Assembly: GCA_963810935.1 (NCBI GenBank)
Contig: CAWEPK010000012.1
Coordinates: 320,001 to 384,000, forward strand
DNA from: an uncultured delta proteobacterium
GTDB taxonomy: Bacteria > Desulfobacterota > Syntrophorhabdia > Syntrophorhabdales > WCHB1-27
Direction: 5' to 3'
DNA: 64,000 nt
The position numbers and the translations under genes are program-made. Within the stretch, counting starts at the first letter, position 1. Each line of letters starts with the position of its first letter. Shown here in pieces: positions 9,726 through 20,338 of this stretch. Below the pieces are notes generated by a model, which worked only from the letters and a program-made list of their open reading frames with translations, was not told the DNA's origin and did not search any database.

Positions 9726-10385
9726 ATGCTGATGCGTAAAATTGAGAAGCAGCCGCCTTTGCGGAAGATTGTTTATGAACAGTTGAAGACCAGCATTCTC
9801 GATGGCGCGATCCCTAAGGGAGCTAAGCTTTACGAGACAAAGATCTCGGAGGAAATGGGGATCAGCCGGACGCCTGTTAGAGAGGCGCTTCATGCGCTTG
9901 AGAGAGAGTACCTTATCAAGGGCATCGATAAAGTCGGATACAGGATAGTCGATATGGAATCGGACGACCTCGAAGAGATTTCGGAGATCAGGAAGTCGGT
10001 CGAGGCGCTGGCCGTGAAACGTGGAATAGAACGGATCGGGGTGAAGGAGATAAAAGAGCTCGATGACAACCTCGGTAAGTCGGCAAGCTTGATAGCCCAG
10101 GGCAAGCATGAGCGGTTTGTCCAATTAGACGCCGAGTTTCATCGTCTGCTTTGCTCCCTGAGTCAGAGCGAGAGGCTGATAAGAATGGCCGATGGTCTGC
10201 GCAAGGAGATGACTGGATTCAGAAACAGTCTGAAAAACAATCGGGCCTTGGCCGAGGTTTCCCTTGAATATCACCGGAAAATAGTCGCCTGCATCAAGAA
10301 GAAGGATGCCTCGGGCGCTAGTAGCGCCCTCAATGAGCATATAGACGATATCAGGAAAGAACGTGAAAAACTCATCCCGAAATAA
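9726..10385 (+). CDS. GntR-family (FCD) transcriptional regulator
   Basis: ISRTPVREAL HTH; DAEFH in the FCD domain. Confidence 0.95.
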   Translation: MLMRKIEKQPPLRKIVYEQLKTSILDGAIPKGAKLYETKISEEMGISRTPVREALHALEREYLIKGIDKVGYRIVDMESDDLEEISEIRKSVEALAVKRGIERIGVKEIKELDDNLGKSASLIAQGKHERFVQLDAEFHRLLCSLSQSERLIRMADGLRKEMTGFRNSLKNNRALAEVSLEYHRKIVACIKKKDASGASSALNEHIDDIRKEREKLIPK

Positions 10386-10502
10386 CATTTTTTTGCGCGG
10401 ACAGCTTGGGTACGGTGCCCAACCGCTATGCTATCCATACTTTCGGCCGGCATGCGGCGATCGGGGTTCCGTGCCTGATCATGCTGATTTGAGGGAGGAC
10501 CA

Positions 10503-11054
10503 ATGAAGGAAATTCGGTTTCATGGAAGGGGAGGACAGGGTGTCGTTATGGGGGCGGAGATGCTTGCCTATGCCTTTGTCCTCGAAGGCAAGTTTGCCTC
10601 GTCGTTCCCCACGTTCGGGGCTGAGAGGAGGGGTGCGCCCGTGGCGGCGTTCTTGAGGTTCGACGACAAGCCGGTCAGGGAGACGCACCAGATCTACGAG
10701 CCGGATTGCGTAATGTGCCTGGACCCCTTCATAGGGCGTCAGGAGACGATCTTCACCGGCCTTAAGGGAGACGGCATAACGATCATAAATACTCCTAAAG
10801 AAAGCCTCGCTGCCTGGCCGCGGGCATTGAAGAAACTCGGGCTGATCGACGCCACGGCGCTGGCACTGGAAGAGATCGGAAGGGCGATAGTCAACACCTG
10901 TATGCTGGGAGTGATCGCAAAGGTCACCGGCTGGGTCAGGCTGGAATCCGTGCTGGCAAGCCTCGACATGAATTTCGAGGGGAAGCTGCTCGATAAGAAT
11001 GCTGAGCTCGTGCGGCGCGGCTACGAGGGCGTCAGGATGCACGAGAAGGAGTGA
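10503..11054 (+). CDS. 2-oxoacid oxidoreductase gamma subunit (PadE-like)
   Basis: EIRFHGRGGQG, FGAERRGAPV. Confidence 0.92.
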   Translation: MKEIRFHGRGGQGVVMGAEMLAYAFVLEGKFASSFPTFGAERRGAPVAAFLRFDDKPVRETHQIYEPDCVMCLDPFIGRQETIFTGLKGDGITIINTPKESLAAWPRALKKLGLIDATALALEEIGRAIVNTCMLGVIAKVTGWVRLESVLASLDMNFEGKLLDKNAELVRRGYEGVRMHEKE

Positions 11055-11060
11055 TAGATA

Positions 11061-11327
11061 ATGAAATTCATCAGCGAATTTGAAGGACCGTGGTCAACGC
11101 CCAGGCTGCCGCTCGATGTGAAGACAGGCGAGTGGCGTTCGCAGCGGCCGGTTACGAAGAAAGAAAAATGCCGCCAGTGCGGCTGGTGCTTCATCTACTG
11201 TCCGGCAGGATGCGTGCAGGAAAAGGTGAACCATTTTTCCGCAGACCTCGACTACTGCAAGGGCTGCGGGGTCTGCGCCAGGGTCTGCCCGGCCAAGGCT
11301 ATCATGCTGGTAAGGGAGGATATCTGA
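11061..11327 (+). CDS. 2-oxoacid oxidoreductase delta subunit, 2x[4Fe-4S] (PadF-like)
   Basis: TGEWRSQRP, CRQCGWCFIYCP, CKGCGVCARVCP. Confidence 0.92.
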   Translation: MKFISEFEGPWSTPRLPLDVKTGEWRSQRPVTKKEKCRQCGWCFIYCPAGCVQEKVNHFSADLDYCKGCGVCARVCPAKAIMLVREDI

Positions 11328-12532
11328 TGTCAAGTCTCGATTTGAGAGGTCAAACCAGGGTGCTCGACGGAAACAGGGCGGGCGCCTTCGGAATACTGCT
11401 TTCCAGGCCGGACGTGATCTCCTCCTACCCCATCACTCCCCAGACGCCTATGCTGGAAACGCTCTACAAGTTCGAAGCGGAGGGTCTGTTCGACCCGGAG
11501 ATGATCGAGCCGGAGGGAGAGAACTCGGCCATGGGAGTGCTGCTGGGCGCGTGCGCGGCAGGCGGCCGCACGTTCACGGCAACTTCTTCCCAGGGGCTTT
11601 CCTTCATGGGAGATGCCTACCTGCTTGCCTCGGGAAATCGGTTCCCAATCGTCATGGCCTTAGGCATGCGGGAACAGGTCAGCCCTCACGGCGTGTTTGC
11701 GGGGCAGCAGGACGCCATCCTCGTGAAGGACCACGGCTGGATACAGATCTTCACCGAGTCCTGCCAGGAGATACTCGACTCGCTCATCATGGCCTACAGG
11801 CTCGCCGAGGATTCGGACGTGCTCCTGCCCGTAAACGTCTGCTACGAAGGGTTCTACCTTTCCCATAATTCACAGAAAGTCGTCATACCCACGCAGGAGC
11901 AGGCTGACGAGTTCCTCGCACCGCTCACACAGATGAAGAGGCCGAAGTGGACGCTGGAAGACCCGATGGTCTTTTCGAGCTACACGGTGCCCGCCGAGCT
12001 TTTTACCGAATACCGGTACAAGATGTGCGCAGCGCACCAGCGTGCAAAGGGGAAGCTCGACGAGATCGATAAAGAGTTCGGGAAGCAGCTCGGCCGGAGC
12101 TACGGGGGCCAGATTGAAGAATACAGGACGGAAGACGCCGAGTTTGTCATAGTCACGATGGGCTGCTCCACGGGGACGGCAAAGGTGGTAGTCGACAGGA
12201 AGCGCGACGAAGGGATGAAGGTGGGCCTCGTGAAGATACGGATGTTCCGGCCGAGCCCCACAGAGCGCCTGATTAAGGCCCTGAACGGGAAGAAGGCCAT
12301 CGGCGTCGTGGACAGGAACGTCAACTACGCCTGGAACTGCGGACATAATTTCGTGGAATTGAAGACCCTCCTGAGCGACCTCGACACACCCGCGCCGAAG
12401 CTGCTCGATTTCATAGTTGGACTCGGCGGAGGCGATATCACGGACCATCACATAGAAAGGGTAATCGACGGCACCTGTGCGGCATCCAAAGGAAAAGAGC
12501 AGCCGGCCGTGACATGGCTGACTCTGGAATAG
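11327..12532 (+). CDS. 2-oxoacid oxidoreductase alpha subunit (PadG-like)
   Basis: YPITPQT, TATSSQG; ATG overlaps the delta-subunit stop (TGATG). Confidence 0.92.
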   Translation: MSSLDLRGQTRVLDGNRAGAFGILLSRPDVISSYPITPQTPMLETLYKFEAEGLFDPEMIEPEGENSAMGVLLGACAAGGRTFTATSSQGLSFMGDAYLLASGNRFPIVMALGMREQVSPHGVFAGQQDAILVKDHGWIQIFTESCQEILDSLIMAYRLAEDSDVLLPVNVCYEGFYLSHNSQKVVIPTQEQADEFLAPLTQMKRPKWTLEDPMVFSSYTVPAELFTEYRYKMCAAHQRAKGKLDEIDKEFGKQLGRSYGGQIEEYRTEDAEFVIVTMGCSTGTAKVVVDRKRDEGMKVGLVKIRMFRPSPTERLIKALNGKKAIGVVDRNVNYAWNCGHNFVELKTLLSDLDTPAPKLLDFIVGLGGGDITDHHIERVIDGTCAASKGKEQPAVTWLTLE

Positions 12533-12549
12533 GGTAACAGGAGGGGGAT

Positions 12550-13809
12550 TTGAATAAGAGAAAACAGATAATCATCGGGTCCGGCACAGCGGCGATATGC
12601 GCACTCAAGCAGATCAGGAAAGCGGGCTGCGACGACAGGGTCACCGTCCTGACGATGGAAAACTACCTACCCTATTCGCCCATGTCGCTCCCCTACGTTA
12701 TTTCCGGGCGGGCAACCCTGCCCGCAATTCAGATGGCGCCCGACAACTTCTTCGACCTTATGGACGCCGCTTTATTGAAGGAAGCAAAAGTTACGGGCAT
12801 CGACCCTTCCGGAAAAAAGGTCTTTCTCGGCGGCGGCAAAAGCATCGACTATGACCGGCTCCTGATTGCCGCCGGGTCCGACCCGATTGTCCCCGATGCA
12901 GTTAAAAAAGTCGGGGGCATGGGTTTCCATGTGATGGACGATTGCCTGGCCCTGCTGGCGCAATTGGATGGAAGGAAGAAGGTCGCCGTTCTCGGCGCGG
13001 GCCTCGTCGCCATGGAAACGGCGGCGGCCTTGAGGGAGAAGGACCATGAGGTCGTCGTAATTGCGCCGAGGGAGAGGATCTTGAGAAACTACTTCGACAT
13101 CGAGGCAAGCGGCCGCATAATCGGCCTCTTTGAAAGCCAGGGTGTTGCCGTTAACCTCAACTGCGGCGAGCTTGCGGACGCAGAACGCGCAGGCGGCAGC
13201 ATACGCATGCGCTTCGCCGGCGGCCGGACAGTCGAGGCCGATATCCTTCTCGCCTGCATGGGAGTGAAGGCACGGACGTCCTTTCTGGCCGGCAGCGGTA
13301 TAGCAATCGGCCAGGGCGTGAAAGTCGACAGGCAGATGAAGACGAACGTCCCCGATATCTTTGCGGCGGGGGACGTGGCCGAGGCAGCCGACTTTTTCTC
13401 CGGCCGCCAGGGCGTCAACCCCATATTGCCCAGTGCCGTGGGCCAGGGCAAAACAGCAGGCATCAACATGGCAGACGAAGAATCGGTGTACGAGGGATGG
13501 CTGCCGATGAATACGTTCAATTTTTTCGGCCATCTCGCTGTCTCCGTCGGGAAGGCAATGCCCGATGAAAGCGATGACGTGCTGGCGGCGAAGGACGGGA
13601 GCTACCGGAAGATCATTTCCAGGGAAGGAAAGCTGCTCGGCGCGGCGTTCCTAGACACGGATATCGACGCCGGAGTGATCCAATACCTGATCAGGCGGCG
13701 GATCGATTTGGGCAGGTATAAAGATGCGCTCCTCGAAGCGCCGCGCGAGGTCGCTTTCCATCTCATGCAGGAAGCGGAAAAGGCAGACACGGTCACGAAA
13801 GAAGAATAG
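12550..13809 (+). CDS. FAD-dependent pyridine-nucleotide oxidoreductase (PadH-like epsilon subunit)
   Basis: IIIGSGTAA, VLGAGLVA, IFAAGDVA; sits between alpha and beta subunits. Confidence 0.88.
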   Translation: MNKRKQIIIGSGTAAICALKQIRKAGCDDRVTVLTMENYLPYSPMSLPYVISGRATLPAIQMAPDNFFDLMDAALLKEAKVTGIDPSGKKVFLGGGKSIDYDRLLIAAGSDPIVPDAVKKVGGMGFHVMDDCLALLAQLDGRKKVAVLGAGLVAMETAAALREKDHEVVVIAPRERILRNYFDIEASGRIIGLFESQGVAVNLNCGELADAERAGGSIRMRFAGGRTVEADILLACMGVKARTSFLAGSGIAIGQGVKVDRQMKTNVPDIFAAGDVAEAADFFSGRQGVNPILPSAVGQGKTAGINMADEESVYEGWLPMNTFNFFGHLAVSVGKAMPDESDDVLAAKDGSYRKIISREGKLLGAAFLDTDIDAGVIQYLIRRRIDLGRYKDALLEAPREVAFHLMQEAEKADTVTKEE

Positions 13810-13815
13810 GACAGG

Positions 13816-15147
13816 GTGAGGATGGAGATGAAGACCTTTTACCAAACGTTAAAGATAGACGATGACATGTGTCCTCCAGGCTGCGACATATGCAGCGTGA
13901 AGTGCAGGGAAGTGAAGAGCGGCAAGGGTTACGGCGGGTCGGGCATCAGGACGGCCCACATCCCGGAGTTGAACGCGCACGCGGCCTACGCGTGCAACCA
14001 GTGCTCGGAGCCTGCCTGCCTGGACGGCTGTCCCACCGGAGCGATTACCAGGAGTCCGGGGGACGGAGTGGTCAGGATAGATGAGGGCAAATGCCTAGGA
14101 TGCGGACTCTGCGACCTCGCCTGCCCGTACGGCGGAATCGACTATCACGCAGGCTCTAAAAAATCGTCGAAATGCGATCTCTGCGACGGCGACCCCGAGT
14201 GCGCGAAAGTTTGCCCGGTCCAGGCTATTTCCTCGATGAAGGCACGGCCCATTGTGGAAAGCTTTCACGAGGACCCGCTTTTGTGCGGCTCTTCATTGTG
14301 CGTCGGCTGTCCTGCGGAAACTACGCTCAGGTTCGTCCTGCGGGTTATGGGCAAGGATACCTACCTGTTCGGAGCGCCCGGCTGCGGCACAAACATGTTC
14401 AACGGAATGGGCGTCAGGACGATGATCAACATCCCCGCCCACATGTCCAATATGACGAGCGTCCCCTCGACGATGACCGGCGTGAAAAGGTACTGGAAAA
14501 AGATGGGAAAAGACGTAAGGTGCGTCGCCTTCGTGGGCGACGGCTGCGCCACCGACGTAGGTTTTCAGCCGCTCTCCGGGGCCGCGGAGAGGAACGAGAA
14601 TATCATCTTCATGTGCTACGACAACGAAGGCTACATGAACACAGGCGTCCAGAGGAGCAGCACGACGCCCTTCGGCGGATGGACCACGACGACCCCTGCG
14701 ATGGGGCGGAGAAAGGGCAAGACAATGTCCTCCAAAAACGTGCCCCTGATCATGGCCGCCCACGACATTGCCTACGTGGCTACGGCAGCCGTCGCTTATC
14801 CCGAGGATTTCCTGATGAAGTTGCAGAAGGCCAAGGCAGTGCGCGACGGCATGGTCTACATACATATCCTTTGCCCCTGCATCCTCGGATGGGGATACGC
14901 CATCCCTGCCTCGTTAGACGTGATGCAGGCTGCCGTCGAGACGAACTATTTCCCGCTCTGGGAATTCGAAGGGGGGAAGTACCGGATAACGCGCCCGGTG
15001 GGCAATCCGAAGCCGATCACCGAGTATACGAAGCTTTTGAAGAAATTCGCGCACCTGGAGAAGGACGATTTGGCAGAGCTACAGGCTATCGTGGAGAAGC
15101 GGTTTCACCACATCGAAGCCCTGACAAGGATGGAGGAGACGGTGTAA
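13816..15147 (+). CDS. Ferredoxin-fused 2-oxoacid oxidoreductase beta subunit (PadI-like)
   Basis: N-terminal CNQCSEPACLDGCP, CLGCGLCDLACP and CDLC clusters; TPP motif GDG...DNEGYMNTG. Confidence 0.9.
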   Translation: MRMEMKTFYQTLKIDDDMCPPGCDICSVKCREVKSGKGYGGSGIRTAHIPELNAHAAYACNQCSEPACLDGCPTGAITRSPGDGVVRIDEGKCLGCGLCDLACPYGGIDYHAGSKKSSKCDLCDGDPECAKVCPVQAISSMKARPIVESFHEDPLLCGSSLCVGCPAETTLRFVLRVMGKDTYLFGAPGCGTNMFNGMGVRTMINIPAHMSNMTSVPSTMTGVKRYWKKMGKDVRCVAFVGDGCATDVGFQPLSGAAERNENIIFMCYDNEGYMNTGVQRSSTTPFGGWTTTTPAMGRRKGKTMSSKNVPLIMAAHDIAYVATAAVAYPEDFLMKLQKAKAVRDGMVYIHILCPCILGWGYAIPASLDVMQAAVETNYFPLWEFEGGKYRITRPVGNPKPITEYTKLLKKFAHLEKDDLAELQAIVEKRFHHIEALTRMEETV

Positions 15148-15179
15148 AGGGATACGCCCGCGGGGCGAGATTACTCTGC

Positions 15180-15530
15180 TCATTCCTCCCGGGCCTTCGG
15201 CCTGAGGTCGAGACCGACCAGGATTTTCTCCGTGTCGGCCAGATCGCCGATGAATTTTCTCAGGGGAGGCGGAAGCTCTTTAACCAGAGTGGGAGCGGCA
15301 ATGATCTGCTCCCCTTCTGCCAGAGTCGGCTGCTGGTAGATGTCGATGACCTCCAGTTTATAGCGGCCCTTGAGGTGCTCTTCGCATATCTTCTTGAGGT
15401 TGTCGATGGCGCGGGTAGATTTGGCCGAGGTGCCGGCAATATAAAGGCGGAGAAGATACTGCTTACTGCGTGAGTCTTTGATCGCTTTCTCGAAGATTTC
15501 AACGCTGTCTTTAGGTGCTTCTTTCACCAT
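15180..15530 (-). CDS. kaiB: KaiB-family protein
   Basis: [29 protein letters not shown]. Confidence 0.93.
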   Translation of the reverse strand: MVKEAPKDSVEIFEKAIKDSRSKQYLLRLYIAGTSAKSTRAIDNLKKICEEHLKGRYKLEVIDIYQQPTLAEGEQIIAAPTLVKELPPPLRKFIGDLADTEKILVGLDLRPKAREE

Positions 15531-15873
15531 TGCTCACTTCCAGCTTTAGGTTTCCGGGCTTAATATCAAGCCCGACGAGCACGCGCTCCGTGTTAGACAG
15601 GTCCCCTATGACTTTTCTTATTGGAGGTGGCAGCTTCCGGACCAGAGTTGGGACAGCGACGATCTGGTCGCCCTGGGCGAGTTGAGGGTTCTTCGATAAG
15701 TCGATGATTTCTATACGATAACGACCGGAAAGATGCTCCTCACAGAGGTTTGTGAGGTTTTGAAATGCCGCGATCGCCTTGGGGGTTTGTCCCGCCACGT
15801 ACAGCCGCAGCTCCCAAATCTCGCCGTCCGCCTCCAACGTTTTGCCCGCCTGCTCTCCTTTTTTTGCGGTCAT
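15511..15873 (-). CDS. kaiB: KaiB-family protein
   Basis: [32 protein letters not shown]. Confidence 0.93.
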   Translation of the reverse strand: MTAKKGEQAGKTLEADGEIWELRLYVAGQTPKAIAAFQNLTNLCEEHLSGRYRIEIIDLSKNPQLAQGDQIVAVPTLVRKLPPPIRKVIGDLSNTERVLVGLDIKPGNLKLEVSNGERST

Positions 15874-17585
15874 AGGGACACCTTCGCGTCTGCCTTGCGA
15901 AGATGCGCCATCTGCTTGCGCTGCTCGTCTTCAGCCTTCTTTCGCTTCTCTCCCTGCCGGGCGATCTTCTTCATTTCCGCCTTGTCGGCGTCGATGCCCG
16001 CCCGTATGGCGGCGATCTGCGCCTCCGCGAGGGTCCGCCTGTGCTCAAGCTCCCGCCGTTTCCGGTCGAGGTCATCCTTCATCTCCGCATCGGCCATGCG
16101 TTCTTTCGCCTCCTGCGCAGCGCGCGCCGAGCCAGTCAGGACCCCGTATGGCCCGAGGTAGACATCCTGGAGCTCGATACCGTGGTCCGTGAGAAGGAAC
16201 TCGCGTATCTGGTTCGAGTGGGCCATGCCGCGCGACTTGGGGATCATCAGGCCGCGGTTCCTCTCGCCGTTGCTTTCCAGGTCGCGGAGGACCATCCAGG
16301 TGTCCATCAGCGAGGATATGCCTGCTTCCGTCTTTTCGAGACTCCTGCCGCCTTGTGTGAGGCTGGTGAACAGGGCCGTGACACGCTCCGTCTTGAGATA
16401 GTCGATGAGGCGCGTGAGCATCGATTTCACCTCTTGCTCGCCGCCCGCAGTTATCAGATTGGTAATGGGATCGATCACGGCCACGCTCGGCTTGAAGGTA
16501 TCGACAGCCTTATGCATGGTCGCAAGATGCGTTTCGAGACCGAAGACCGTCGGGCGTGACGCCTTGAACAGTAACAAGCCCTTGTCTATGAACGGCTGGA
16601 GGTCGATGCCTATAGATTTCATGTTGCGCACGATCTGGCTCTCCGACTCCTCGAAGGCGAAGTATAGGACCCTCTCCTTCCGCTGGCAGGCAGACCTTGC
16701 AAAGACAGCGGCTACGCTCGACTTTCCGGTGCCTGCCGTCCCTGACAGGAGAATGGTGCTTCCCCGGAAATAGCCTTTGCCCGAAAGCATGGCGTCGAGG
16801 CGGGGAATGCCCGTCGGGATGCGCTCCTTCGAGGCAGCGTGCCTGAGGCCGAGAGAGGTGACGGGCAGGACGCTTATGCCGTTGGCGCCGATGAGGAAGG
16901 GGTATTCGTTCGTGCCGTGAGAGGAGCCGCGGTACTTGACGACTCGCAAGCGCCTGGTCGAGAGCTGCTCGGTCACGCGGTGGTCGAGGACGATCACGCA
17001 GTCTGCGACGTACTCTTCAAGCCCATGGCGGGTCAGCGTACCTGCCCCTCTCTCGCCGGTAATGACCGCCGTCACCCCCTTCTCTTTCAGCCACCGGAAA
17101 AGGCGCCTTAGCTCTGCCCTGAGTATGGCCTCATTGGGGAGGCTTGCGAAAAGCACCTCTATCGTGTCGAGGACTACACGCTTCGCCTTTATCGAATCGA
17201 TGGCCGAGCCGAGTCTAATGAAGAGGCCGGACAGGTCGTACTCCCCCGTCTCCTCGATCTCGCTTCGCTCGATATAGACATAGTCGAGCGCGATTTTCTT
17301 CTCGTGGGCGAGCTTTTTCAGATCGAAGCCTAAAGACTTGACGTTGCTGGTCATCTCCTCCGAGGTTTCCTCGAATGCCATGAACACGCCCGGCTCGTTG
17401 TACTCCAGTGCGCCGTGGACGAGAAACTCCATGGCGAGTAAGGTCTTGCCGGAACCAGCAGCGCCGGCTATCAGCGTTGGCCTGCCCTTCGGCAAACCGC
17501 CATTCGTGACCTCGTCGAGCCCTTTGATTCCTGTCGGCGCTTTCTCAAGAACGCCTTCAGGTTGACCTTTGCGAGATTTATTCAT
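15870..17585 (-). CDS. kaiC: KaiC double-domain ATPase
   Basis: Two RecA-like domains ([16 protein letters not shown]), [22 protein letters not shown]. Confidence 0.96.
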   Translation of the reverse strand: MNKSRKGQPEGVLEKAPTGIKGLDEVTNGGLPKGRPTLIAGAAGSGKTLLAMEFLVHGALEYNEPGVFMAFEETSEEMTSNVKSLGFDLKKLAHEKKIALDYVYIERSEIEETGEYDLSGLFIRLGSAIDSIKAKRVVLDTIEVLFASLPNEAILRAELRRLFRWLKEKGVTAVITGERGAGTLTRHGLEEYVADCVIVLDHRVTEQLSTRRLRVVKYRGSSHGTNEYPFLIGANGISVLPVTSLGLRHAASKERIPTGIPRLDAMLSGKGYFRGSTILLSGTAGTGKSSVAAVFARSACQRKERVLYFAFEESESQIVRNMKSIGIDLQPFIDKGLLLFKASRPTVFGLETHLATMHKAVDTFKPSVAVIDPITNLITAGGEQEVKSMLTRLIDYLKTERVTALFTSLTQGGRSLEKTEAGISSLMDTWMVLRDLESNGERNRGLMIPKSRGMAHSNQIREFLLTDHGIELQDVYLGPYGVLTGSARAAQEAKERMADAEMKDDLDRKRRELEHRRTLAEAQIAAIRAGIDADKAEMKKIARQGEKRKKAEDEQRKQMAHLRKADAKVSL

Positions 17586-17712
17586 TTTACCCCCCCACCC
17601 CCGAATTTACGGCAGGGGCGATAGGCCGGTTATTTTAAAAGCGTTATAGGAGTGCAAAATCGGTGGAGCTATTAAGTCAATACTGCACGGAACAGGCGAA
17701 GTCAAGGTGTAT

Positions 17713-20016
17713 CTATGCCGCACCCGTATTATTCCGGCCGCTCTTTTCTGCGTCCAGCACACGGCGAACGGTTTTCGCCATTTCCCGCCTTGTAATGGGC
17801 TTCATGACGAATGCGCGGATGCCCGCTGCTTTTGCGTCTGCGGGCAACACCGTTTCGCTGTAGCCGGTGAAGAGGATAATCGGAAGCTCTTTTCTTGCCT
17901 CCAGCATCCTTTCGGCAAGGTCGATACCCGTAATGCCGGGCATGGTCTGGTCGGTAATTACGAGGTCGAAGCCGGAGGGCTGGGCGAGGAATATCTCCAG
18001 CGCCTCGGACCCGCTCGCAGCCTTGGTTACTTCATAGCCCAGGTTCACGAGCATCTGAGAGGTCATTTCTACGATGGACTCCTCATCATCGACCAGGAGT
18101 ATCCGCTCCCTGCCGTGCGGCATGCGGCCTTTCACACTTGTCTTCTCTTCTTCAGCCTGCTCCTCCGCATGGGGAAAAAAGACGCTGAAGACGGACCCTT
18201 TGTCCGGCTCGCTCTCGACGGTGATTGCACCCCCGCTGTTTTTTACGATGCCGTAAACTACGGCAAGACCCATACCGGTCCCCTGACCCGCAGGCTTCGT
18301 GGTAAAGAAAGGCTCGAATATTCTTCCTTTGACATTCTCGCTCATACCTTCTCCCGTATCGCTCACCGTCAGCTTCACGTAGACCCCGGGAGGCGTTTCA
18401 GGGTCAGGCAACGGCCCGCCCTGCCTCAAAACGACGTGCGAAAGGTTGATTACCAGAACGCCCTTGTCGCCCATCGCGTGGGCCGCATTTGTGGCAAGGT
18501 TCATAAGGATCTGCTGGATTTGCGTCGGGTCGGCCGTTACCGTGTCCGATTCGGTCTCTATGTTGAGCTTGATCGTTATGGTAGAAGGCAATGACCCGCG
18601 CAGGAGATTATGCGTCTCCTTGATCAAAGGCGCCAGTCTCAAGGGGTTATTTCCGGCATCGGTTTTTCTGCTGAAGGTGAGGATCTGCTTGACGAGTTCT
18701 GCTGCGCGCCTGGACGCCTTGACTACCTGTTCGATACTCCGCTTTGCCCCCTGGTTGCCGTCGAGGTCATCGAGAACGAGCTCGGCGTTACCCATGATGA
18801 CGGCAAGCATGTTGTTGAAGTCGTGGGCAATCCCACCGGCGAGCGTGCCGATGGCTTCCATTTTTTGGGACTGCCTGAGCTGCTCTTCAAGACGCGCCTT
18901 ATCTTCCGTTGCCCGCCTCTCGGCGGTAATGTCCTGCACGACCGTAATGACCCCCTCCACCCGTTTCTCGCTGTCGAATATGGGGTTCGCTGAAATCCGC
19001 CGGTAGAAGACCTCGCCGGTCTTTCTGTTGCGGACGGCCATTTCCAGCCCGCGAAACGGTTTCCCCTGAAATACCTGCAAAAACGGCTTCATTTCAAGGG
19101 GTGCTCCGCCCGGGACGGACATGTCTACTTGTGGGAGGAACGCGGACCACGGGGACTTAAGGAGGGCATCGGGGTCTATCCCCACTTCCGCAGCCTGTAA
19201 CCTTGCGACGGAGTTGGCAAGCGCAATACGGCCATCAGCGTGAGCAAGCCATACTCCCTCATTCATGCTGTCGATAAGCGTCATGAGACGGTCGCGCTCG
19301 CGCTTGGCCAGCATTGCCTCCATCCGCGAGGACTCCTCCGCTGATTTCAGATCGGAGATGTCGGTGATAACGATGCACGTCCTATCTATGCCGTAGGCCG
19401 CCTGGCTGTTTCCCGCCAGTCTGACAAAGAGCTTGTCCTCGCGGCGCCTTATGGCGATCTCCTGGGTGGTATTCTCCACCTCGCCGGCTTTCCGCACAAA
19501 ATCGTGGAACAAAGGCAGGTCTTCAGGGACGACCAGGTCTGTGAAGGAAGAGCCGAGCAGGTTCTGAAGGGGAATGCCGGTCATCTTTGAGAACGCGCCG
19601 TTGGAATAAAAAATGATGCCCTGTTCATTGATGGTGACGGCGCCGGCGTTCATCGTCTCGACGATGTTGCGGTACGGGTGGTCCGGACCTTCGAGGGTAT
19701 ATATGCTGCTCCCCTCCCCACCCGATGCGACGACTACCGCGTCAACGTCGCCCCTGCGGATCGCCTCTATGGTCTCTTCCGCCTCCTCAAGGCGTTTTTG
19801 CAGGTCTTCCATGCGGGCGGCATGCTCCGCGACCTCCCTCTCCAGCTCGCGGCAATGCGCCTCGAGCCCGACGTGGTGGACAAAAAGCTTGCGATGAAGT
19901 TCTTCCACGTCCTGCCTGTGAGAGATGCGGGAGACCCTTCCCCCGTCCTCTGCAGGCAGTTTTTCGGCTGCTTTCCTAAGCTCGCTGAATTTGTCGCCGG
20001 GTCCCTGCTTGGCCAT
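17713..20016 (-). CDS. PAS-domain hybrid sensor histidine kinase/response regulator
   Basis: PAS domains, GGIAHDFNN, FFTTK..GTGMGL, C-terminal receiver; start placed at MAKQG (20016). Confidence 0.92.
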   Translation of the reverse strand: MAKQGPGDKFSELRKAAEKLPAEDGGRVSRISHRQDVEELHRKLFVHHVGLEAHCRELEREVAEHAARMEDLQKRLEEAEETIEAIRRGDVDAVVVASGGEGSSIYTLEGPDHPYRNIVETMNAGAVTINEQGIIFYSNGAFSKMTGIPLQNLLGSSFTDLVVPEDLPLFHDFVRKAGEVENTTQEIAIRRREDKLFVRLAGNSQAAYGIDRTCIVITDISDLKSAEESSRMEAMLAKRERDRLMTLIDSMNEGVWLAHADGRIALANSVARLQAAEVGIDPDALLKSPWSAFLPQVDMSVPGGAPLEMKPFLQVFQGKPFRGLEMAVRNRKTGEVFYRRISANPIFDSEKRVEGVITVVQDITAERRATEDKARLEEQLRQSQKMEAIGTLAGGIAHDFNNMLAVIMGNAELVLDDLDGNQGAKRSIEQVVKASRRAAELVKQILTFSRKTDAGNNPLRLAPLIKETHNLLRGSLPSTITIKLNIETESDTVTADPTQIQQILMNLATNAAHAMGDKGVLVINLSHVVLRQGGPLPDPETPPGVYVKLTVSDTGEGMSENVKGRIFEPFFTTKPAGQGTGMGLAVVYGIVKNSGGAITVESEPDKGSVFSVFFPHAEEQAEEEKTSVKGRMPHGRERILLVDDEESIVEMTSQMLVNLGYEVTKAASGSEALEIFLAQPSGFDLVITDQTMPGITGIDLAERMLEARKELPIILFTGYSETVLPADAKAAGIRAFVMKPITRREMAKTVRRVLDAEKSGRNNTGAA

Positions 20017-20216
20017 GCGTCCTCTCTTACCGATCGGCTTTGACCGATACTGATGCATGAATGAGTGTATACATACCATTATAACAGACCGCTTTTTCGG
20101 CTTAAAGGGGGTAAACGATGTGTTTCGGGCTTGCCGGGTACAGTAAGGAACGGGGCCGGAGCCGGCCGGAGAGATTTTTGACGGGGCACCCACCCGACGT
20201 GAGGAGGGGAGGGTCG

Positions 20217-20292
20217 TTCGCGTTGCTTTTCGAAGGCGGGCACCGCAGCGTACTACTGTACGTGAGGACGCACGCCGAGAAAACGACGCGAA
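20217..20292. repeat. Dispersed palindromic element, family A, copy 1
   Basis: TTCGCGTTGCTTTTCG...AGCGTAC-TACT-GTACGTGAGGAC...CGAGAAAACGACGCGAA; similar to 45385-45464. Confidence 0.75.
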
Positions 20293-20338
20293 AAGCGCAA
20301 AAAGAACCCGGCCGCCCCGGCCCCGCATGCCGTCCCGG

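Noticed and set aside
14172..15473. 433-aa + strand ORF and similar long alternate-frame or antisense ORFs (e.g. 30891-32132, 34116-35384, 38769-40019, 50586-51797, 60248-61465)
   Set aside because: Shadow ORFs of well-supported genes in high-GC sequence, with no motifs
20017..20328. N-terminal extension of the hybrid kinase ORF
   Set aside because: Runs through an intergenic repeat; the ATG at 20016 has an RBS
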